Shown in pieces: positions 1 through 10,509 of a stretch of 64,000 nt of DNA (positions are counted from its first letter, which is position 1; every line of letters begins with the position of its first letter). Origin of the DNA: Escherichia phage vB_EcoM-UFV09. The stretch lies in the sequence record MZ291552.2. One strand, 5' to 3'. The notes under the pieces were generated by a model, which was given only the letters and a program-made list of their open reading frames with translations, did not search any database and was not told the DNA's origin. The position numbers and the translations under genes were made by a program.

Positions 1-11
1 AATTTTCCTTA

Positions 12-2189
12 TTAGGCCGCAAGGGCCTTCATAGTTTTAGCGATTTGGGAAACTTCATCATCACTTAAAGAGTTGCGATAACCGATGAAGTCGGAAACAA
101 TACGGAATTTCTTGGTAAACTCAGCAACCATTTTATCACTATTTTTTGAAGCATTACGTGATAATTCATCAAAGAGATTAGTTACTGTCCAGATATCATG
201 ACCGATGGTATCTTTTCCACCGTTGAAGTATACACCCTGTAATGAACTAACCATATTAGCGAGTCGTGTATATTCTTCAGAAACTTCATCTACACTGAAG
301 TACTTCATCATAAAATCTAATTCAGGATACTTGATAATTTTATCAATATATCGTTTAGCTGAACTTGAATAACCTACATACTTATCATAATCTACATCAT
401 CAAAAGCATCTACATATAAATCACGCAAAGCTTCAAAAATACATTGGCACTGACCGAGTTCTTTTACCTTTTTCTGTAAAAGCGGACGAATAACATAAAA
501 TTCATTAATGCCAATAAGATTAGCCATACGAATCAAAATATTCATAGATGGATGACAAAGCGATGTAGTACCATCCATAGAGAAAATATCAGAACGATGC
601 ATATACGCTACATAACCAGTAATTTCATCTGCTTCTGATGTGAGCGTAAATAGTTCCTCTTTTTCCCAGCGCCCGTCTTTAATTTCAAACTTAAATGCTG
701 TAGCAGCTTTAGGACGAGGAGCTTTACTTTTAACTACCTTTGGAATATAGCTTTTAACTAAAGCTTCAATTTCTGACAAATAATGAATGTTAACTTCATC
801 ACTTTCAAACATTGCCATAATATCAGGTAGTAAATCAATCTGCGATTCTACTTCCGGATTAATAAACAGAAGGCGTTCGTTATGATGAATATTCAAAGTG
901 TTATTAAATTCACTATCATCTAACGCTCGTGCTAATCCACGAACAATATTAACACGATTTTTAATATTATCAATAACGATATTAATTTTTGTTGTATTAA
1001 TACCAAACAGACGATAACTTGATGCAACGGCTGAAGTTTCATGACTTTGCTTAATGCGCTTCAGTCGAGGGTCAAGATTTACTTCATACACAACTCCTGC
1101 ATTGCATAACTTACTGTCAGGTTCAAACATGCTCTGCATCTTCTTATATGACAGATTTTTAGTCGTGAATTTGACTGAATTACTAATCATATAATCTCGA
1201 GCAGAATACCCCATCTTCATCAATTCACGGTATGTGTGACGAGGAGATGTAGATTCTTTAAATCGTTTTACATCTTCATTAAATGCTTTCTCACTAAGCT
1301 CTTTAACTCGTTCAATAATATTTTTACGAGTGCGATCATCTAATGAAAGAGCTTCGCGTGATGGAGCAATATCCAGTGAACCCATTGGAAATTTAATGTA
1401 ATTCACTTCATTGCGAATGCTTAACCAGTTACGGTCTCTAATAACACCATCGATAGGATAAACAATACCGCCATAGATAGCGTACAATCCACCACGATCA
1501 GGCCAGTATCTTTCTGGATTTACACCGTAATAGTCATCAAAATCCGGAAAATAATCAATTTCGCGGTCAAGACCATTAATGATAGCCAAATCTTTGAATG
1601 GTCGCATGATATAAGAAACTTCATAAGCAAAGTTTCTAAAGTCTTTTTCTTCAACTGGAACTACGATTTCAATACCAGTTTTATCATTTGGACCCATTTC
1701 TTTTACGAATGTAGGTTTAATTTGTGGACCATCGCCATCCATGTAAGCTACATAACCACGAATTTCACCTTTATGATATGAAGTAATACTAAATGTATCA
1801 GTATAACTAAACGGAGATTTAGAACCTAAACCAAATCCACCAATGAAATCATTAGATTCAGCCTTAGATGAACTAAAGTATGAATTATACAACCCAGGAG
1901 AATTATCATCACCCTGAATATCAAAATCACTCATACCCGGACCAAAATCTCGACAAACAAATCGTGGATCTAAACGTCCAGGAACTTGAATGATAAATTT
2001 TTCAGGATTTCCATTGAGAGCATGGGCATCAATCATGTTAGTAATCAATTCACGGACTACTGCGCGAATCTTGTTTGTATACAAATCAGATGACAGAATT
2101 TTAAATACTTTAGGAGATGCTGTGATGCTAAATGCTTTTGATTTAGAACCATTACCAAGAATTGTTTCTTTTTCAGTGGTGATAATCAT
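12..2189 (-). CDS. rIIA: rIIA protein (membrane-associated, GHKL-type ATPase-like N-terminus)
   Basis: 725-aa ORF; N-terminus and length match my recall of T4 rIIA; sits at the genome start as in T4. Confidence 0.9.
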   Translation of the reverse strand: MIITTEKETILGNGSKSKAFSITASPKVFKILSSDLYTNKIRAVVRELITNMIDAHALNGNPEKFIIQVPGRLDPRFVCRDFGPGMSDFDIQGDDNSPGLYNSYFSSSKAESNDFIGGFGLGSKSPFSYTDTFSITSYHKGEIRGYVAYMDGDGPQIKPTFVKEMGPNDKTGIEIVVPVEEKDFRNFAYEVSYIMRPFKDLAIINGLDREIDYFPDFDDYYGVNPERYWPDRGGLYAIYGGIVYPIDGVIRDRNWLSIRNEVNYIKFPMGSLDIAPSREALSLDDRTRKNIIERVKELSEKAFNEDVKRFKESTSPRHTYRELMKMGYSARDYMISNSVKFTTKNLSYKKMQSMFEPDSKLCNAGVVYEVNLDPRLKRIKQSHETSAVASSYRLFGINTTKINIVIDNIKNRVNIVRGLARALDDSEFNNTLNIHHNERLLFINPEVESQIDLLPDIMAMFESDEVNIHYLSEIEALVKSYIPKVVKSKAPRPKAATAFKFEIKDGRWEKEELFTLTSEADEITGYVAYMHRSDIFSMDGTTSLCHPSMNILIRMANLIGINEFYVIRPLLQKKVKELGQCQCIFEALRDLYVDAFDDVDYDKYVGYSSSAKRYIDKIIKYPELDFMMKYFSVDEVSEEYTRLANMVSSLQGVYFNGGKDTIGHDIWTVTNLFDELSRNASKNSDKMVAEFTKKFRIVSDFIGYRNSLSDDEVSQIAKTMKALAA

Positions 2190-2199
2190 AATTTCCTCA

Positions 2200-2403
2200 T
2201 TAATTCATATTACGCTTAATAACTTCGGCAACTTCTAGTAGTTCATCTTTAGTTGCGGTGTCGGATTGAATTTTATCTCTAATATCCTTAAAGCGGTTTT
2301 TAAATTCTTCGGCTTCTCCCATATCGAAAAAGCGTTGAATGATTCTATATTCTCGATGAACTGCTTTATCAAAAAGTTCTAAATTTACTTTATATGATTT
2401 CAT
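2200..2403 (-). CDS. small hypothetical protein (rIIA.1 position)
   Basis: 67-aa ORF immediately upstream of rIIA; assignment by position only. Confidence 0.5.
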   Translation of the reverse strand: MKSYKVNLELFDKAVHREYRIIQRFFDMGEAEEFKNRFKDIRDKIQSDTATKDELLEVAEVIKRNMN

Positions 2404-2428
2404 TTCAATATCCTCATTTGCCCAATTA

Positions 2429-2458
2429 ATTATACCACATCCTTGTGGTAAAGTAAAC
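2429..2458 (-). promoter_or_regulatory. T4-type early promoter (GTTTAC, ~18 nt, TATAAT on minus strand)
   Basis: Minus strand reads aGTTTACtttaccacaaggatgtggTATAATtaatt, just upstream of the rIIA.1 position. Confidence 0.55.
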
Positions 2459-4278
2459 TACTGGCTCATCCATTCTTTACGAAGGTCAGCATTATCTCCC
2501 ATGAGCATTTCAAAAAGCTCTTTCCAATTCTCAGGAAGTTTAACAACATCATATACTGGGTTTTGAATCATCTCACGATATTCAGATTTTTCCAAAGAGC
2601 CAAGTCCTTTAATATAACGGATGCTATGTTTAGGTAGAGCATCTTTGGCACTCTCATATTCAGCGACTGTATAAAACCATTCTTGTTTTTTACCGACCTG
2701 AGCGATGATTACAGGAGTTTTGACAAAGCGAATTCGTCCTTGCTCAAACAATTCTGGCCAATTACTAAAAAATCCGAGCAGAGAAGGATAAATGCTTCCT
2801 AAACCATCATGGTCAGCATCGGTCATAATAGCAATATTATGATAATTCAAGTTTTCAGCTTTTTCACCAAGAACTAATCCAGTGATTGCGCAAATATCAA
2901 ACAGTTCTTTGTTTTTAAGCATATCAGCATATGACATACCCCAGCTATTAAGAACTTTACCACGCAATGGATAACCACCGTGAAGTTCTTTATCACGAAC
3001 ATCAATAAGATATCCGATAGCAGAATCACCCTCAGTCAAGAAAAGAGTAGTGTCAGCATCTTTACCACAAAGATTCGCTTTGATATGTTTATGAACCTTA
3101 GCTTTAGAAGCCTTTTTAGCTGCTTTAGTTTCTGCTGCTTTTTCTGCCGCCAATTTACGAGCAAGGGCAGCTTCAATGATTGGCATTAAAATTGCTTCAT
3201 TATTTAGAATAGCGCGTGAAATCTTTTTAGCATCAAGTTGAATATGACTACGAATTTCGCCAAATGGAGAAGTCAAACGCTCTTTAGTTTGAGAATCAAA
3301 TCGCATGTTTTTCATATCACGGACAAACATAACGATAGTCAAACATTCTTTGACACGTGCTTTAGTCACATCAATTTTGAACTTACGTTTGATTTGTGGA
3401 ATAAGGTCTTCACAAATATCATCCATAACACAGTCAATGTGATGGCCACCATTCTTAGTGTGAATGTTATTCACATAAGTTAATTGACGAAATCCATCCG
3501 GTGAACGACCAACAGCAATAGAACAATTTTCTTGTTCTTGAACAATAGCATGTTCATCATACTGTCGTGCATATTTCTTAAAATTGCCCTGAACCTTTTT
3601 ACCATTAAAGGTAAATTGAATATCAGGATAAACAACAGCAAGTGTCTGGAGACGATCTAGTGTAATGTCAAGATAAACTTGGGACAGCTCATTAGTTTCA
3701 AATGACATAAAATCTGGAATGAAAGTAACACGAGTTCCTTTCCATTTTCCAGGAATAGTTTCCCAGGATTTATTTTCCATGCCATTTGAACAACGAACTA
3801 CAATATTATTTTGACCATCGCCAGTTTCACCGACAAACATCACAGAAAAAATGTTAGTTAAACTAGAACCAACACCATTCATACCACCGGTGACGCGTTC
3901 TTTATCATCACCAAAGTTACCACCCGCTTTTGGAATAGTCCATGCAGCAACAGGACCAGGAATTTCTTCACCGGTAGGTGTTTTAACCATCGCTTGCGGA
4001 ATACCGCGACCGTTATCTTCAACTGTCACCTGATTATTTTTAATGGTAACATTAATTTTATTCGCGAATTTAAACTTAGTACGAATACCTTCATCGACTG
4101 AGTTATCGATAATTTCATCAATAAGCTTAACAAGACCAGGTACATACTGAACACTTTCCCATTTACCAAACAGAAAGCGCTCATGCATTTCATTAGCAGA
4201 AGAGCCAATGTACATGCCACTACGCTTTTTGATATGTTCAATATCGCTCAGAATTTTAATTTCATTCTTAATCATCAC
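2458..4278 (-). CDS. 39: DNA topoisomerase II large subunit, uninterrupted form (GyrB-like ATPase plus Toprim)
   Basis: 606-aa ORF; N-terminus matches recalled T4 gp39 and continues without interruption into the gp60-equivalent C-terminal region. Confidence 0.9.
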   Translation of the reverse strand: MMIKNEIKILSDIEHIKKRSGMYIGSSANEMHERFLFGKWESVQYVPGLVKLIDEIIDNSVDEGIRTKFKFANKINVTIKNNQVTVEDNGRGIPQAMVKTPTGEEIPGPVAAWTIPKAGGNFGDDKERVTGGMNGVGSSLTNIFSVMFVGETGDGQNNIVVRCSNGMENKSWETIPGKWKGTRVTFIPDFMSFETNELSQVYLDITLDRLQTLAVVYPDIQFTFNGKKVQGNFKKYARQYDEHAIVQEQENCSIAVGRSPDGFRQLTYVNNIHTKNGGHHIDCVMDDICEDLIPQIKRKFKIDVTKARVKECLTIVMFVRDMKNMRFDSQTKERLTSPFGEIRSHIQLDAKKISRAILNNEAILMPIIEAALARKLAAEKAAETKAAKKASKAKVHKHIKANLCGKDADTTLFLTEGDSAIGYLIDVRDKELHGGYPLRGKVLNSWGMSYADMLKNKELFDICAITGLVLGEKAENLNYHNIAIMTDADHDGLGSIYPSLLGFFSNWPELFEQGRIRFVKTPVIIAQVGKKQEWFYTVAEYESAKDALPKHSIRYIKGLGSLEKSEYREMIQNPVYDVVKLPENWKELFEMLMGDNADLRKEWMSQ

Positions 4279-4302
4279 TTATCCTCGTTTGGTTTCGGGA
4301 AT

Positions 4303-4326
4303 ATTATACTCCGGCAATCATAAAGC
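4303..4326 (-). promoter_or_regulatory. possible MotA-dependent middle promoter upstream of gene 39
   Basis: Minus strand reads aGCTTTAtgattgccggagTATAAT: a MotA-box-like GCTTTA 12 nt upstream of a TATAAT -10. Confidence 0.35.
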
Positions 4327-4344
4327 TAAAGGCCCGAAGGCCTT

Positions 4345-4614
4345 TTATTTAAAACGAATAGTTGAATCCTTAAAGAACAGCCCAGAACATACTGTTCCTT
4401 CTACTTTCTGCCCGGTAGGTCCAATAGCACGAAATCCAGTATGCTGGAAATCATTTTCAGAGCAACCGAACCAATTGTATCCAGTGATTTCAATATTCGT
4501 AAAACCACTTGATGATAAAATTTTAGTTGCATTATCAGCATCAGTACATCCTACTAAAGATACTGCTAATACTAATGCTGCGATAGAACGATTAACATAT
4601 TTCATAATTTTCAC
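4345..4614 (-). CDS. small lipoprotein-like protein (39.1 position)
   Basis: 89 aa; N-terminal signal peptide ending in a lipobox-like LVGC. Confidence 0.5.
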   Translation of the reverse strand: MKIMKYVNRSIAALVLAVSLVGCTDADNATKILSSSGFTNIEITGYNWFGCSENDFQHTGFRAIGPTGQKVEGTVCSGLFFKDSTIRFK

Positions 4615-4985
4615 TTAAATTTAATGGCTTGAAGGAGACTAATAATTCTCAAACGGCTTCTTTCATCTTTAACTGTAAAAGAAAGAGGGTCGCCAGATTT
4701 CATGGTAATAGTGCATTCAAAATCAAAATCTTCAGTGACTTCTTCGAAGAAGTCAAATTCTTCATCATAAATTAGAACACTACTTTGCAGACTGTGAAGA
4801 GTTTTTCCAGCATTTCTGCTAACTGCTGTACTAATCATTGTAACATTATGACCTTTCATATCTTCAACGATAAATTCACTAGTCAATATTACAGCATTAA
4901 TAGAACTATTCCTATTACTAACAGAAAGTAGAAATTTCTGTTCTTCACCTTCACGAATACGATATTTCTTACCAATTTTAAACAT
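4611..4985 (-). CDS. hypothetical protein
   Basis: 124-aa ORF; start overlaps the upstream stop in the compact minus-strand array. Confidence 0.45.
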   Translation of the reverse strand: MFKIGKKYRIREGEEQKFLLSVSNRNSSINAVILTSEFIVEDMKGHNVTMISTAVSRNAGKTLHSLQSSVLIYDEEFDFFEEVTEDFDFECTITMKSGDPLSFTVKDERSRLRIISLLQAIKFK

Positions 4986-4987
4986 AA

Positions 4988-5164
4988 TTACCCTTTAAGT
5001 AAATCGTAAAATCCACCATTCACATGCTTAGGAGCAGAAGGCCGACGAGTAGACAAACGATGACATTTAGGACAAACATCATTTTCTCGTTCAGAAATCT
5101 TTTTAATTTTTTCATATTCATGCCCGCAATCTTCGGATTGGCATTTATAATCATACATTGGCAT
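4988..5164 (-). CDS. zinc-ribbon micro-protein (FmdB-like, two CxxC pairs)
   Basis: 58-aa ORF not in the supplied track, hand-translated: MPMYDYKCQSEDCGHEYEKI...DVCPKCHRLS...; ATG lies 2 nt after the upstream gene stop. Confidence 0.45.
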   Translation of the reverse strand: MPMYDYKCQSEDCGHEYEKIKKISERENDVCPKCHRLSTRRPSAPKHVNGGFYDLLKG

Positions 5165-5166
5165 AA

Positions 5167-5592
5167 TTATTCCTTAAAATGGGCTTTCAGCATCTGATAC
5201 AAAGACCACGCCTGTTCATTATTTTCAATAGTAACTTTCATGACCGGGAATTCTGTGAAATCTTCTATCTGTTCTTGCTCTTTCTCTTCCTGCTCTTGCT
5301 CTTCGGCTGCCTGGTATGGATTTTCCACTTCATCAAAGAACACAGCTTCGCTCGTTGAAAGCCAGATAAAATCTTCATCCAAAATATCTTTACCAGAAGA
5401 TAACGCCAATTTTCCACTAGATGTCACAAGTTTAGTAGGACGACCAAGATAGTCAATATCTGTAACTCTAAAAGGTTCCATACCAAGACGACGTGCATAA
5501 ATTCCGTTTTCAGTATGGTCCTTGATAAAATCTTCTTGAGCTTGTTTATTTTTAAATTGATACCATTTATTAACTTCAAATTTAATAGCCAT
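5167..5592 (-). CDS. acidic hypothetical protein (goF/comC-alpha position and size)
   Basis: 141 aa with an acidic [12 protein letters not shown] stretch; size and position fit recalled T4 goF, but the sequence was not recognised directly. Confidence 0.35.
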   Translation of the reverse strand: MAIKFEVNKWYQFKNKQAQEDFIKDHTENGIYARRLGMEPFRVTDIDYLGRPTKLVTSSGKLALSSGKDILDEDFIWLSTSEAVFFDEVENPYQAAEEQEQEEKEQEQIEDFTEFPVMKVTIENNEQAWSLYQMLKAHFKE

Positions 5593-5807
5593 TAATAAGT
5601 TTCCTTCCAGTAAGTTGTGCCATCTTCAGTAATTTCACGAAACACACCATAAATTGGTTGTTTATCACCAACTTTTTCGTACACATAAACCGAAGTCAAG
5701 TGAGTAAACTTAACGGTATGTTCCTTTTGAACCACTACCAAATCTGGATCAAATAATACATCTTCAAATTCGTCATTAGTGCAATTCTGAACAATTTTAC
5801 GTTTCAT
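5592..5807 (-). CDS. small hypothetical protein (cef position)
   Basis: 71-aa ORF; positional assignment only. Confidence 0.35.
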   Translation of the reverse strand: MKRKIVQNCTNDEFEDVLFDPDLVVVQKEHTVKFTHLTSVYVYEKVGDKQPIYGVFREITEDGTTYWKETY

Positions 5808-5820
5808 TACAATTTCCTCA

Positions 5821-6102
5821 TTAATTGAACAGTGGAGCGATGCGTTTCAGAAGAGTAGCAGCACCTTTAGCGAATTTTACATCATGAAAAACAGTTTCTT
5901 CTTCCGTTACAACACGAGCTTTAATGTTTTCACAATCCCAATTTTTGCGAACAATCTTCAAAAGCTGCAGTAAATCTTTACATTCAACAATATCGATAAC
6001 ACATCCACGAGAATCTTCCATTATCGCACGATAACCGTAAGCCATACCATAATCGTTGAAAGATTGCTCGATGATAATTAAGTTTTCCATTTTATTCTCC
6101 AA
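5821..6102 (-). CDS. hypothetical protein
   Basis: 93-aa ORF preceded by GGAGAATAAT-ATG and an early-promoter-like repeat. Confidence 0.45.
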   Translation of the reverse strand: MENKMENLIIIEQSFNDYGMAYGYRAIMEDSRGCVIDIVECKDLLQLLKIVRKNWDCENIKARVVTEEETVFHDVKFAKGAATLLKRIAPLFN

Positions 6103-6187
6103 GTTATTTTCTGTATCAGTAGTTGATATTGATATAGTACCATAATCAACTACTGATGTATATAGTTTTATGAAAAAATTTTAAACT

Positions 6188-6679
6188 TTATGCATAGCGA
6201 GCTTTGCTATAGTGTTTAATCCAACTTTCAGGAATGACTTTGTATGTTCCTAAATATACCGCGTTGTACAGCTTAACACCGTCTTCTACCCACTGATCAG
6301 TAATGTATGCACACATAGCGCGAGTACGGTTAACAACACCTTCCTCACCTTCAGTAAATTCGAATTCATAAGGAGCAACGAACTTGATAGCTTGACCGAG
6401 TTTCCACTTAAAGTCTACACCTACATGTGAAGTATCAATCGTTTCAATTCCTTTAGCAGGAACAGCTTTCAAAAACGCAGACTCAAGAAATTTCGCACGA
6501 ACATAGCCAAACTGAGGTTTAGACTTTCCATCTTTAGGAATGATACGCACTTTTACTTCAGAATCTTCATCTTTAACACCATGTTTAAGCTGAATGCTTA
6601 CAATTTCGACCAATTTTCCTGCTGCTTTAGAGCGGGATTTATCAGATACACGAGCTAATTCACCAATATTAATAATCAT
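6188..6679 (-). CDS. hypothetical protein, MotB-like by size and position
   Basis: 163 aa; paralogous C-terminus with the next ORF (ITDQWVEDGVKLYNAVYLGTYKVIPESW versus VTDQWIEDGVELLNVVHAGEYSVVPRSA). Confidence 0.4.
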   Translation of the reverse strand: MIINIGELARVSDKSRSKAAGKLVEIVSIQLKHGVKDEDSEVKVRIIPKDGKSKPQFGYVRAKFLESAFLKAVPAKGIETIDTSHVGVDFKWKLGQAIKFVAPYEFEFTEGEEGVVNRTRAMCAYITDQWVEDGVKLYNAVYLGTYKVIPESWIKHYSKARYA

Positions 6680-6752
6680 AGTTATCTCTCACTTGTTAAA
6701 AAGATTTTATACTCCACGGGACCATTATACTCTGGTCCCAAGAGTTTGTAAA

Positions 6753-7187
6753 CTAGCTTACACGAACATTAATCACTGCGCTACGAGGAACTACAGAGTA
6801 TTCTCCAGCATGAACTACGTTCAGAAGTTCAACGCCATCTTCAATCCACTGGTCAGTTACCCAACCGCCGACCGGATTCGCGAATGGACGACGAATGTAA
6901 ACCGCCTTACACAACAAATCAGTCGGATCTTCAGGTTTTTCAATTTCTGTCAATAGATTAAAATCTTCTTCATAGATGATGAATGATGATACCCTTCCAT
7001 AATAGTTTCTAATTTCCATGTACACTGTACCAATGAGAATTCCGCTATTAACCCTAATAACAGTAAAAGGATATCCGCCAGTTGTACCAAGAAGTTCCCA
7101 AAACTTGCTATCAGTCGTATTCGACATTGTCTGGAAATCAATTTCAGATGGTTTTTTCATTTGATACGCAGTATTAATTTTAATCAT
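6753..7187 (-). CDS. hypothetical protein, paralog of 6188-6679
   Basis: 144 aa; shares the C-terminal motif above. Confidence 0.45.
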   Translation of the reverse strand: MIKINTAYQMKKPSEIDFQTMSNTTDSKFWELLGTTGGYPFTVIRVNSGILIGTVYMEIRNYYGRVSSFIIYEEDFNLLTEIEKPEDPTDLLCKAVYIRRPFANPVGGWVTDQWIEDGVELLNVVHAGEYSVVPRSAVINVRVS

Positions 7188-7196
7188 AATTTTCCT

Positions 7197-7709
7197 TTAA
7201 TCTAAGGTAATAAAGCCTTTTAATTCGGCATGCGATTTGCGGAACATTACTTGGTGACCGCCAATGATAACTTGGTCATCAGGAACTTCATAAATCGCAA
7301 TGTACATTCCACGATCTTTTAAGTCTTCACGCTCTTCTCGAGTAAACCATCTCATTATATCATATTCACTAGCGAAAGCAAAATGATATAATGCAATAAA
7401 CCACAATGGAATATAATTTTCAATTCGTGAATAATCTTTATTCCATTTAGTTTTAATAGCATCATTAGCATTTTCAACTAATAACTTATCATCGTGTGGA
7501 ATAGGAATACTTTCATGACTTTCATAATCATTGCTATGATGATGAAATGACGATGAATTAATACCGCAAAATTTTAGCCAAGTTCGAGTTTTCATAGAAT
7601 CAAATCCACGATAAGGAGTTGATTGAACGCATAACTCTTGCCTAATTTTCACTATACCACTATCATCATTTAATGCGCTAAACGATGATTCAACACGATA
7701 AATTTTCAT
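7197..7709 (-). CDS. hypothetical protein
   Basis: 170-aa ORF in the compact array. Confidence 0.45.
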   Translation of the reverse strand: MKIYRVESSFSALNDDSGIVKIRQELCVQSTPYRGFDSMKTRTWLKFCGINSSSFHHHSNDYESHESIPIPHDDKLLVENANDAIKTKWNKDYSRIENYIPLWFIALYHFAFASEYDIMRWFTREEREDLKDRGMYIAIYEVPDDQVIIGGHQVMFRKSHAELKGFITLD

Positions 7710-7737
7710 TTTATTATCCTCAGTAGCTATGGTGTTA

Positions 7738-7766
7738 TAATACCATAACTAACCGAGGAAGTAAAC
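7738..7766 (-). promoter_or_regulatory. T4-type early promoter upstream of dexA
   Basis: Minus strand reads GTTTACttcctcggttagttatggTATTAT. Confidence 0.5.
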
Positions 7767-7772
7767 AACTTT

Positions 7773-8456
7773 TTATCGTTTTGTTGGAAGAGATAGAGGA
7801 TCACACTCTTCCTCTGATGGAGCGTCTTCAAGACCCATAGCATAGCGCAAAGCATACTTCATCATCAGGATGTCTTTCGCACAGTCATGAATAGAATCAT
7901 GCGCAACGAATCCATCTAAAGTTCCTTTTGGAAGAGGACACGTGGTCATATCACGAACAAGGAGAAGTGCTTCAATTCTGGTACGAATATCACGCTGATT
8001 CCAAAATTTACAAGGTTCTAACTTAAATGTATCAAGCTCATTCTCGGAAACGCCGTTAAAACGTTGAATATCGCGAATGAGATCGACTAAAATTGGAAAA
8101 TCAAACGACATTCCACGGCACCAGCCTTGAGATTTCCAAGGATCGATATTATGCGCATTGATGTAATCATTAAATTTTGCAATACCATCGATAGTGCTTA
8201 CATCTTCATCTGATGGCGCAATATTTTTTCGAGCTTCAGGAGATTGATTCTTCCACCATTCAATAGTGCTTTTAGTAAAAAGACGGTGTCCTTTTTGACT
8301 TTTTAAGTCAAATTTAATTTTAATGCCACGTGAAACTAGTTCATCGAATGTTTCAACAACTTCTGGGTTAGGGTCAAAAGCAATTACAGCCAAATCAATA
8401 ACAGCTGCTTTTTCACCACTTCCCATCGTTTCAAAATCTATAATAAAATCAAACAT
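7773..8456 (-). CDS. dexA: exonuclease A (DEDD-family 3'-5' exonuclease)
   Basis: 227 aa, the size of T4 DexA; N-terminal acidic motif FIIDFETMG typical of DEDD exonucleases. Confidence 0.8.
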   Translation of the reverse strand: MFDFIIDFETMGSGEKAAVIDLAVIAFDPNPEVVETFDELVSRGIKIKFDLKSQKGHRLFTKSTIEWWKNQSPEARKNIAPSDEDVSTIDGIAKFNDYINAHNIDPWKSQGWCRGMSFDFPILVDLIRDIQRFNGVSENELDTFKLEPCKFWNQRDIRTRIEALLLVRDMTTCPLPKGTLDGFVAHDSIHDCAKDILMMKYALRYAMGLEDAPSEEECDPLSLPTKR

Positions 8457-8746
8457 TAAACTTTCCTCGCTAAATCGCGAATTTGACCTACAGTATAATC
8501 TTGGATATAAACTTTATTAATAGGCTCATCAATAAATTTTGCCATAGATTCAATATCTTTTTGCATCTCTTCAAGACTGTATACTATCTTTGAAGCTTTT
8601 TCACGAATAGTTGCATTTTCAGGTCCTGGATTTTCTTCAATGACAGCTTTAACATTTGCCATAAGAGATTTAAACTGATACCAACTTAATTCAATCATTA
8701 ATAACCGCCTTATAAAGATGGTTAATTTCACCCAAAACATAATCAC
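8456..8746 (-). CDS. hypothetical protein
   Basis: 96-aa ORF between dexA and dda. Confidence 0.4.
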   Translation of the reverse strand: MIMFWVKLTIFIRRLLMIELSWYQFKSLMANVKAVIEENPGPENATIREKASKIVYSLEEMQKDIESMAKFIDEPINKVYIQDYTVGQIRDLARKV

Positions 8747-8951
8747 TGATTGTGACAGTTTTCACTTCGCCGCAAAAGAATTCTAACGCAATTAAATCTC
8801 GTTCAATTTCTTCTAATTGAAGCATTAACTTGCCAGATTCAATTTTTACATTTCTACGATTTTTACTATAAGCTATTTCATAAATTTCGCTCACTTTATC
8901 TTGAAGCAGATAAAACTGGTCTTTAGTTATTTCCACGAATAGCTTCCTCAA
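8691..8951 (-). CDS. hypothetical protein
   Basis: 86-aa ORF between dexA and dda. Confidence 0.4.
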   Translation of the reverse strand: MRKLFVEITKDQFYLLQDKVSEIYEIAYSKNRRNVKIESGKLMLQLEEIERDLIALEFFCGEVKTVTISDYVLGEINHLYKAVIND

Positions 8952-9183
8952 ATTTAATTAGTAATTTACAGACACTTTCATCTAGTGTAATTACCGTATC
9001 TGTATTACTGTGATATGATTGTTTTTCAATTCGTTTAATTGCTAATATAGTATCACTTATAAGATAAAGCTTATGAAGGAGCTCAGCTCCTGTTACCATA
9101 ACATCGAGATTATCTTGCTTATTAGTATGCTTCCTTATACCATCTATTAGACGATTTAAATATTTTGAATTGATGTTAATCAT
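8923..9183 (-). CDS. hypothetical protein
   Basis: 86-aa ORF between dexA and dda. Confidence 0.4.
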   Translation of the reverse strand: MININSKYLNRLIDGIRKHTNKQDNLDVMVTGAELLHKLYLISDTILAIKRIEKQSYHSNTDTVITLDESVCKLLIKFEEAIRGNN

Positions 9184-9189
9184 ATATCC

Positions 9190-10509
9190 TCACACATAAA
9201 ATACGTCATAACGACCACGGGTAACACCAACATAAAGAAGTTGTTGAGCCAATTCAGCATCTGCATAATGAATACAAGGCGTATAAATGAAAGCACGGTC
9301 TACAGACATACCCTGAGCTTTATGGAATGTTGATGCAGGAAGTGCTTTCACTTTACTAAACTGTGATTTAGCATCCCAAAAATCACTCCATGGAGCTTTT
9401 CCGCCTTTGTTCCAATTTTTATAAGTTTCTGCCGTTTTACCTAAAAATAAGTTAAACTTATACAGCTCTTCATCAGATGAAATTATTTTAATCTTTTCAC
9501 GATAATATTCATCATCGCCGTAAGTTTCTACTGTTAAATCCCAATGACGAATTAGATATTCTCCAGGAACACCACGAGCTTTAACAAATGTTGATGTATA
9601 TTCTGCTTCTATAATACGAACTAATTGTCCGTTATTAAAAATAATTTCTGACACAGGCTTTCCATCAATTTTATATGTTTTAATTAATGGTTCCTGCATT
9701 ACAATAATTTCACCGACAATAAAATCTTTATCAGTTTCAAAAATCTTTTTACGAATAATGCTATTTAACTTGTCAACAGATTTATTCGTAAATGCCATTA
9801 CGCGATTTTCAAACAAATCATCTAGTGATTTGACGATTGAAAAATAATTTACCATAAAATCGCGTAAAGCGGTATCACCAGTAAATCCACGTACTCCATG
9901 CCCGTCAACAACTTTATCATAAATCCACTTACCGTTGCGAACATCAGTAGCTACATCAATAATAGGAGCATTACTGCGTTTAACTTCAGTGAGTTCACAC
10001 TGATAAAAATCTTTGTGTGTAAAAAATGGACTGATATAAGCAGTGTTTTCTCCTGGGTCAACAGGTCTAATTTGCTTATTATCACCTATTCCAATTATAG
10101 TACACCACGGCGGGATAGTTGAAAGCAGAATTTTAAATAGCTTTCTATCATACATTGACACTTCGTCGCAGATTAATACCCTGCATTTAGCTAAATCTGG
10201 TACTTCCTTCTGTTCAAAAAGAACGTTTTCTTCATATGTTACGGGGTTAATTTTAAGAATACTGTGAATAGTACTCGCTTCTTTCCCCGACAGTTTTGAA
10301 AGAATCTTTTTAGCTGCATGTGTAGGAGCTGCCAAAATGATACCAGTTTCGCCCGTAGATATTAAAGCTTCAATGATGAACTTAGTAAGAGTAGTCTTAC
10401 CAGTACCAGCAGGTCCATTAATAGTTACATGATGTTTCTTTTCTTTAATAGCCCTCATAACGATGTTAAAGGCATTTTTCTGACCTTCGGTCAAATCATC
10501 AAATGTCAT
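9190..10509 (-). CDS. dda: Dda DNA helicase (SF1)
   Basis: 439 aa, near-identical along its length to recalled T4 Dda (MTFDDLTEGQKNAF..., Walker A GPAGTGKTT). Confidence 0.95.
   Translation of the reverse strand: MTFDDLTEGQKNAFNIVMRAIKEKKHHVTINGPAGTGKTTLTKFIIEALISTGETGIILAAPTHAAKKILSKLSGKEASTIHSILKINPVTYEENVLFEQKEVPDLAKCRVLICDEVSMYDRKLFKILLSTIPPWCTIIGIGDNKQIRPVDPGENTAYISPFFTHKDFYQCELTEVKRSNAPIIDVATDVRNGKWIYDKVVDGHGVRGFTGDTALRDFMVNYFSIVKSLDDLFENRVMAFTNKSVDKLNSIIRKKIFETDKDFIVGEIIVMQEPLIKTYKIDGKPVSEIIFNNGQLVRIIEAEYTSTFVKARGVPGEYLIRHWDLTVETYGDDEYYREKIKIISSDEELYKFNLFLGKTAETYKNWNKGGKAPWSDFWDAKSQFSKVKALPASTFHKAQGMSVDRAFIYTPCIHYADAELAQQLLYVGVTRGRYDVFYV

Noticed and set aside
1990-2238. Plus-strand ORFs of 60-140 aa lying antisense within minus-strand genes (examples 1990-2238, 2980-3189, 3238-3483, 4208-4618, 9898-10122, 26507-26755, 30182-30598, 45889-46167).
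   Set aside because: Each overlaps a well-supported minus-strand gene on the opposite strand and has no ribosome-binding site or promoter context; expected by chance in AT-rich DNA.
4321-4340. Recurrent short GC-rich palindromes (ggcc-cgaa-ggcc and relatives at ~4321, 27955, 30154, 35581, 36851, 39216, 40175, 52766, 56338) considered as a possible CRISPR array or REP elements.
   Set aside because: They are single hairpins in intergenic positions downstream of genes, without regular spacing or spacers; consistent with T4-type terminator or RNA-stabilising stem-loops.
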